Shown piece after piece: positions 58,847-64,000 of a stretch of 64,000 nucleotides of DNA. Position numbers and translations under genes: made by a program. Position 1 is the stretch's first letter. Each line of letters opens with the position of its first letter. The notes under the pieces are model-generated. The model was not told the DNA's origin, did no database searches, and worked only from the letters and a program-made list of their open reading frames with translations. The stretch is from an uncultured Clostridia bacterium (GTDB lineage: Bacteria; Bacillota; Clostridia; Christensenellales; QALW01), in NCBI GenBank assembly GCA_934434555.1, contig CAKRZX010000002.1, positions 22,376 through 86,375 on the forward strand, in the 5' to 3' direction.

Positions 58847-59674
58847 TCAGTTGTAAACAAACATTTTGAAAATACTTGATAACCCGTTCTTTGTAACTCT
58901 GACATTGTATTCCGTTCCGAAATTTCCGTTTCTGAGTCTTGTAACATACTCTGAAAGAATTTCATATTCGGTATTCTCATCTGTAATTTTTTCAAGCCTT
59001 TTCTCTGCCACTTTTCGGCTTCTTTCGGCATCAATTTTCAGTTCGCTTACACCGTCCATAATCATATTTTTTTTGTAACTGCAAATTTCGCCGAGAGAGT
59101 TCACTGTTACGCATATTTTATCTGCTGTAAGCAGTCCGCTTATTCGCTTATTAAAGAAAAAAGTATGCAAAATCCCTTCACTTTTAGTTTTAACATTGGC
59201 ATTGCCGTTATCCCACGTAAGTTCATATTCTCCGGTCGTATTTTCTTCAACAAACTTTTTTGCTATTGCCAATCTCTCGTCGCTTTCATTCATTTCTTCC
59301 GGAGTTAACTCCCTTGTGGAGTTCCTTAAATAGCGTGCCCAACCCACAATCTCACCGGTTTTTGAATCAAGGTCAAATGATATTCCTACGCCATCGCCTG
59401 AATATTCATATATGTCATAGTCATAGTTATAATAGGGTGAATATACTGATTCATCATATACCGTATCATATGTCTTTCCGTCAAATGTGATTTGCTTGGT
59501 TTCGGGCATAGATGCTTTCTTCTCTCTCTTTTTCAGAAATTCTATTTCATCGCTTATGCCTTCAACAATATTCCCGTCTGTCGTGTTAAAAATATATGCC
59601 TTATTTCTGTTGGCGCAAGCGCAAAGGCTTACAAGTACCACAAATACTATAATTATGCTTATTATTTTTTTCAT
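58847..59674 (-). CDS. Lipoprotein of unknown function (paralog A)
   Basis: It has a lipobox-like signal (VVLVSLCAC). The start lies 1 nt after the upstream stop, which suggests operonic coupling. Confidence 0.65.
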   Translation of the reverse strand: MKKIISIIIVFVVLVSLCACANRNKAYIFNTTDGNIVEGISDEIEFLKKREKKASMPETKQITFDGKTYDTVYDESVYSPYYNYDYDIYEYSGDGVGISFDLDSKTGEIVGWARYLRNSTRELTPEEMNESDERLAIAKKFVEENTTGEYELTWDNGNANVKTKSEGILHTFFFNKRISGLLTADKICVTVNSLGEICSYKKNMIMDGVSELKIDAERSRKVAEKRLEKITDENTEYEILSEYVTRLRNGNFGTEYNVRVTKNGLSSIFKMFVYN

Positions 59675-61435
59675 TTTAATTTTCCTCTCCCGCTATTTGA
59701 TATGAATATAAAAGACTGTCGTTAACCTTTATTGAGGCTTTCCGGCAAGATTCCTGAATGCCGTATCCTTCTGCTCGGTATTTGAAAAAATATTCCGTCC
59801 AAACATTTGCGTTGGAAGTCGGAATTTTATCAGAAAAACCGATTGCGCTTCTTGCTCCGGCACGGACGCTTGCATCTACTATGTTTTTGCCCGTGTCTCT
59901 GTTCTTTGCACTGTGGCAGAATACAAACATTGCCAAGTCAAGATTTGACAGGTCTTCGTTTTGAATGTCTAATGACGAAACCGTATCAAGAGTATCTTCG
60001 TTAATAACAACATAAGTTTCATTAGCGTTATACGCACCGTGTGAGCGATTTATAAATATTCTTGATTCCTTTAACTTTTCAATATAATCGCTTTTTGATA
60101 TTGATGGAACACGATTCATATTGTACTCGTTGATTCCGAGATACGACATATACAAAAAGGTGTGACCGATAGTTGACTGGCGATCAGTGCCGATACTTCC
60201 TATTGAGACAACGGTAACTTGATTTCCGCCGATCTTCTGTAAAAGCCATTCGTCAGTACGGTCGGTTTTATCATTTTTATACGGCATTTGTTCCACGTTG
60301 CGACCATTTATATCACCGATTCCCGCTCTCAGACCTGCACCCAAGTCAGCATCAGTATAAGTTTCCGCAGACTTTGATTTGAATCTTACGGTACCGTCAT
60401 TAAGTATAATAACTTGCCATTTCTGCCTGTCAGAGCCTTCGTATGGCTGTATGGTCAGCATCTGCTGTTTTCTGTTCTCGTGCCCGTCCTTAACAGAAAG
60501 TGATTGACCGTTAGCCAAGCATATTATTTTATAATACCCGCTTCCGATATAGTCGATTTGCCATTGTTGTTCTGATTCACCGCAAAAACGCCAAACTTCC
60601 ATAACTAAATTTCCGGAAGTAAACCCGGTTATTTTGTCGTTATTGTCCGGTTGTAAATATAAACCGTGCTGAACATTTCTGACAAAGTATGCGCCGCTAT
60701 TTAATTTATGATACTTCGGGTCAACCGTAACGGTGCAGTAGCGTTTTTGCGGACCGCACGTAACGTGTATGGTGGTTTGCCCTGCCGAAACTGCCGTAAC
60801 CTCACCTTTGCTGTTTACGGTTGCAACATTTTTGTTTGATGAATAAAAGCCAATTCCGTACTCCTTATTGGTATTGATTTTCATAGTTTCGCCTATGTAG
60901 AGATATCCTGACGTTTTGTCTATTTCAAAGTCGTCGGGCTCATAGTATTTTTCTATACGGACATCGTCAATATACACCGCCTGACCGTCAACAGGGTCAA
61001 GATGGTCAAACATAAGTCTGAACAATCCTGTTTCTGCTGAAATATCGGAATCAAGTATATCGACTGTGCCGGAAAGAGTAAACCAATTGTTTGCGGTCAC
61101 TCCGCTGTATTTGCCCGCAAGACGGTAAAAATAGTTTCCGCTGTGGTCGGTTGAGAACGAGTTCTCTGTTTGTGTGCGAATTAACATTCCTATTATCGGC
61201 GCTTCGGGGGTTACCGCCGTTGTCAGGACTTTCATTGAAATGGTGTACTTACCCGCACCGTTTTGACGGATTATTGAGTAAATGTTCTTTGCGGGCGAAT
61301 ACCACGCTTTTGTTCTGCCGGTTATTTTGAGAGAATAATCTCCCATTGCTGAAAAGTCGGTTGAACGTGTGATTGTACCGCCATAGGGTGTTGACCACCC
61401 GTCCGCACTCGCACCGCTTTCAAAACTTTCAAACC

Positions 61436-61455
61436 TAGGGTTACGCTACCCATCC
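61436..61455. repeat. Left terminal inverted repeat
   Basis: tagggttacgctacccatcc. Confidence 0.8.
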
Positions 61456-61686
61456 GAACCCGTTCAAATGCGCAAAAAACGCACATCTACGGCGTCAAAG
61501 CGTCTTATAATATTTCCCTATATTATCTCACCGCTTTTCCTTGTATCTGCACATTTTTACGAATCTTCGACCTTAAACCGAATTATTTTTTCGTTTTTCA
61601 AGGCGACGGAACGCAGGAATACCGGGAGTATTTCAAGTTTCGGCAACGCAGAAAAGCGGAAAAAGAATCGGTTTAAGGCGTGATTA

Positions 61687-61706
61687 GGATGGGTATCGTA
61701 ACCCTA
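61687..61706. repeat. Right terminal inverted repeat
   Basis: The sequence is ggatgggtatcgtaacccta. Its reverse complement differs from the left TIR at one position. Confidence 0.8.
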
Positions 61707-62103
61707 CTGTTTCGTACGCGGCAGATACCTTAATGCTCTGGAACAAAGGAATTAACATAACAAGTATAAGCAGTAAGGTAATAGGTATTCTTGCTGTTTT
61801 CAATGTCTTAATCATATCAAATTCTTCATCCAAAAGTTTTTTATAAAAATCTTTGCAACCAAAAATCCCGCATTTTACACCTATTCTCCCTTCTTTGCCC
61901 TGTCTTAATCGCAGAAAATTTTTATTTCATTGGTACTATACCATATTCCGTATACAAAAGTCAATACCCAAATGCAAAAATTTACAATTTGTTTTTTTAA
62001 TTCAAATTTTGCGTGTTAAAAAGACTTTTTCCGCATTTCATATATAAAAACGCTTTTCGGGTTTGTTTTGTTACACCGGAAACAAAAAAAATTTTTATAA
62101 AAC

Positions 62104-62126
62104 AAAAAAATCCCCGCATAGCGGGG
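62104..62126 (-). terminator. Rho-independent terminator of the MATE gene
   Basis: The stem ccccgc ata gcgggg is followed by a T-run on the minus strand. Confidence 0.7.
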
Positions 62127-62149
62127 AAAAAACATAATATTTTTTAATT

Positions 62150-63508
62150 TTACTCGGCATCAAATTCGGGTTCGTATTCGGTAACGCCGCTCTTAATCCA
62201 ACTGCGGTAAAAAAGTACCGAAAGCACGGTTGAAATAATCCAGCCGATAGGCCACGAAAGCCATATTCCCGTTGAGCCGAGGGCGGTTGACGAAAGTATC
62301 GCCGCAAGCACAACGCGCAGCAAAAGGTCGGTAAAGGTTGCCGCCATAAAAAGTTTCATCTGTCCCGCGCCGCGGAGAACGCCGTCGGAAACAAGTTTTA
62401 CGGCAACAACAAAGTAAAAGGGCGAAACTATGCTTAAAAACATCTTGCCGGTGTTCAGTGCGTCGCCGCTTGCGTCTTCAAGGAAAATGCTTACCAGCGG
62501 ACGGGAAAGAATAAGATACGCGGCAATGACCGGTACGCAGATAATGCAAACAAGTTTTATTCCTGCCTTAAAGCCCTCGGAAATGCGGCTATATTCCTTT
62601 GCACCTAAGTTCTGCGCGGTGAAGTTTGAAATTCCGTTTGCAAGGGTGGTAAGAGAGGTAATAACCATATTGTTAAGTTTTATTGCGGCGGAATATCCCG
62701 CAATGGTACCGGAACCGAATCCGTTTATAAGGCTCTGGATAAAGATGTTTCCCACAGAAATAAAACTCTGTTGAAGTATGCTCGGAACGGCGATTTTCGA
62801 TACCGTTTTAAGAACGGAAAACGAGAAAACAGGTGCTTTTCCGTCTGATTTAATCTTTTTAAGCCTGAGGAACACGAAAATAAGTGCAAGCACGCAGCTT
62901 ACGCCCTGACACAGGAACGTTGCCCACGCAACACCCGCAACGCCCATAGAAAAAGCGGTAACGAAAAGTATATCCATACCGATGTTTGAAAGGGACGAAC
63001 AAGCAAGGAATATAAACGGCGTTTTTGAATCGCCGAGCGCCGAAAAGATTCCCGTTGCAATGTTATAGAAGAAAACAAAGGGCAGACCCAAAACGTAGAT
63101 ATCAAGATACAGCGCAGAGTCGGCAAAAATATTTTCGGGTGTGTTTATAAGCGCAAGCAGTTTGTCGCACAGGGTAAACCCGAGAAGCATTAAAAGCCCG
63201 CACAGCGCACCTCCGGCAATAAGCGTCGTTGATACCGCGCACTTCATTTTTGAATAGTCTTTTGCGCCGAAAAACTGCGATACTATTACCGAACAGCCGA
63301 TATTGCACCCGAAAGCAAACGCAATGAAAATCAGCGTGATTTCATAACTGTTGCCGACGGCGGCAAGCGCGTCATTACTTATAAATTTGCCGGCAACAAA
63401 ACTGTCGGCTATGTTGTACAGTTGCTGAAAAATTACGCTTGCGAAAAGGGGCAGACAGAATTTCCACAGCACCGTACCCGGCTTTCCTACCGTAAGGTCT
63501 TTGTTCAT
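62150..63508 (-). CDS. MATE family efflux transporter
   Basis: The 452-aa protein begins FCLPLFASVIFQQLYNIADSFVAG and has a 12-TM-like profile. Confidence 0.9.
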   Translation of the reverse strand: MNKDLTVGKPGTVLWKFCLPLFASVIFQQLYNIADSFVAGKFISNDALAAVGNSYEITLIFIAFAFGCNIGCSVIVSQFFGAKDYSKMKCAVSTTLIAGGALCGLLMLLGFTLCDKLLALINTPENIFADSALYLDIYVLGLPFVFFYNIATGIFSALGDSKTPFIFLACSSLSNIGMDILFVTAFSMGVAGVAWATFLCQGVSCVLALIFVFLRLKKIKSDGKAPVFSFSVLKTVSKIAVPSILQQSFISVGNIFIQSLINGFGSGTIAGYSAAIKLNNMVITSLTTLANGISNFTAQNLGAKEYSRISEGFKAGIKLVCIICVPVIAAYLILSRPLVSIFLEDASGDALNTGKMFLSIVSPFYFVVAVKLVSDGVLRGAGQMKLFMAATFTDLLLRVVLAAILSSTALGSTGIWLSWPIGWIISTVLSVLFYRSWIKSGVTEYEPEFDAE

Positions 63509-63618
63509 AAAAATTTCCCTTGCCTTATTTAATTTACCGATATATTATAATACCGAAAGATATAATTGTAAAATATAATTTGCGTATGCTTATATATCAA
63601 TTTGATATGGAGTGAACT

Positions 63619-64000
63619 TATGAATACAAACTGTGATTATTACAGAATCTTTTATTATGTTGCCAAGTGCGGCAGTATTACCGGAGCGGCGGAAATGCTT
63701 TTAAGCAGTCAGCCGAACGTAACACGGGCAATAAAGAACCTTGAAAGCGAACTTGAATGTACGCTGTTTTTCAGAAACAGCCGCGGAGTGACGCTTACAC
63801 CTCAGGGAGAAGTGCTTTACAGGCGCGTATGCAAAGCGTTTGAACTTATTGAGACGGGCGAGCGGGAACTGCGGAAAAGTCTTGAACAGGGCACGGTCAA
63901 CGTGGGAACAACGGAGATATCGCTTCACTGTTTTCTGCTGCCGGTGCTTAAAGAATACCGTCGGATTTATCCGGGAATACGCATAAAAATAACGAATCAG
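63619..64000 (+). CDS. LysR family transcriptional regulator (5' part, runs off the window)
   Basis: My translation from the ATG at 63619 is MNTNCDYYRIFYYVAKCGSITGAAEMLLSSQPNVTRAIKNLESELECTLFFRNSRGVTLTPQGEVLY. It is divergent from the MATE gene and absent from the ORF track because it is open-ended. Confidence 0.85.

Larger units (their letters stand above)
61436..61706. mobile_element. MITE-like non-autonomous insertion (271 bp) with 20-bp terminal inverted repeats
   Basis: The TIRs are TAGGGTTACGCTACCCATCC (61436-61455) and GGATGGGTATCGTAACCCTA (61687-61706), with 1 mismatch. There is no transposase-sized ORF. An internal long inverted repeat has the core CCTTAAACCGA (61571-61581) and TCGGTTTAAGG (61668-61678). 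Confidence 0.7.
59676..61815 (-). pseudogene. Secreted CBM-like / Big_2 / ricin-B lectin / caspase-fold (CHAT-like) protein gene, interrupted by a 271-bp insertion
   Basis: The 5' fragment (61815-61707) encodes the signal peptide MIKTLKTARIPITLLLILVMLIPLFQSIKVSAAYET. Reading on into the insert, it stops at the TAA at 61684-61686. The 3' body (track ORF 59676..61346) stays open upstream to the TAG at 61446-61448. Removing 61436-61706 joins the two in frame (..AAYETGFESFESGASADGW..). Confidence 0.75.

Noticed and set aside
61468-61683. A 71-aa ORF inside the 271-bp element.
   Set aside because: It is too small and unlike any transposase, it spans the internal hairpin arms, and it has no RBS. 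I treat the element as non-autonomous.
61434-61708. A TA target-site duplication (Tc1/IS630-style) flanking the element.
   Set aside because: If TA...TA were a duplication, the pre-insertion gene would be out of frame. Only removal of the full 271 bp including both TAs restores the ORF. TA is therefore more likely part of the TIR, and no TSD is evident.

Overview
The window looks like Clostridia chromosomal DNA. A Ruminococcus/Oscillospiraceae-like origin is inferred from gene content only. It is densely coding, with about 57 protein genes and no rRNA, tRNA or CRISPR array that I could see.

Layout:
- 1-13.5 kb: housekeeping and sporulation-linked genes. These are ruvC-ruvA-ruvB, a GNAT acetyltransferase, a DUF3794/LysM protein, alr, MTHFS, rsmD-coaD-ylbJ-ylbK-type synteny, a MATE pump, a GH25 lysozyme and a GLUG-repeat surface protein.
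- 13.6-34.2 kb: an exopolysaccharide locus. A monocistronic GtrB-like GT2 gene comes first. A single plus-strand Wzx/Wzy-type operon of about 19.6 kb follows, headed by a sigma-A-like promoter, a leader resembling a GEMM-I (c-di-GMP-I) riboswitch, and a strong intrinsic terminator.
  - The operon has no BY-kinase. Instead it encodes a Wzz-like co-polymerase fused to a degenerate GGDEF domain, a paralogous co-polymerase-like protein, a membrane metallophosphoesterase, a TM-GGDEF(degenerate)-EAL protein and a DivIVA-like coiled-coil protein. This is my top candidate for an undescribed system.
- 34.26-34.54 kb: an orphan promoter-to-terminator unit of about 245 nt with no ORF, a candidate sRNA.
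- 34.5-40 kb: araC-lacZ (GH2) and a LysR regulator with a YfcE-like phosphoesterase.
- 40.1-49.0 kb: rex-adhE-kinase-2x[2Fe-2S]-hydS(PAS)-PP2C-hydA. This matches the putative H2-sensing cluster reported in Ruminococcus albus.
- 49.1-56.1 kb: a cobalamin riboswitch driving two DUF4430 (transcobalamin-beta-like) proteins, an alpha/alpha-toroid surface protein and a complete ECF transporter.
- 56.2-64 kb: an FAD oxidoreductase and two paralogous lipoproteins. Next comes a secreted CBM/Big_2/ricin/caspase-fold gene split by a 271-bp element with 20-bp terminal inverted repeats. A MATE pump with a divergent partial LysR gene closes the window.

All calls rest on reading the sequence and ORF translations and on recalled family motifs. 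No database search was run.
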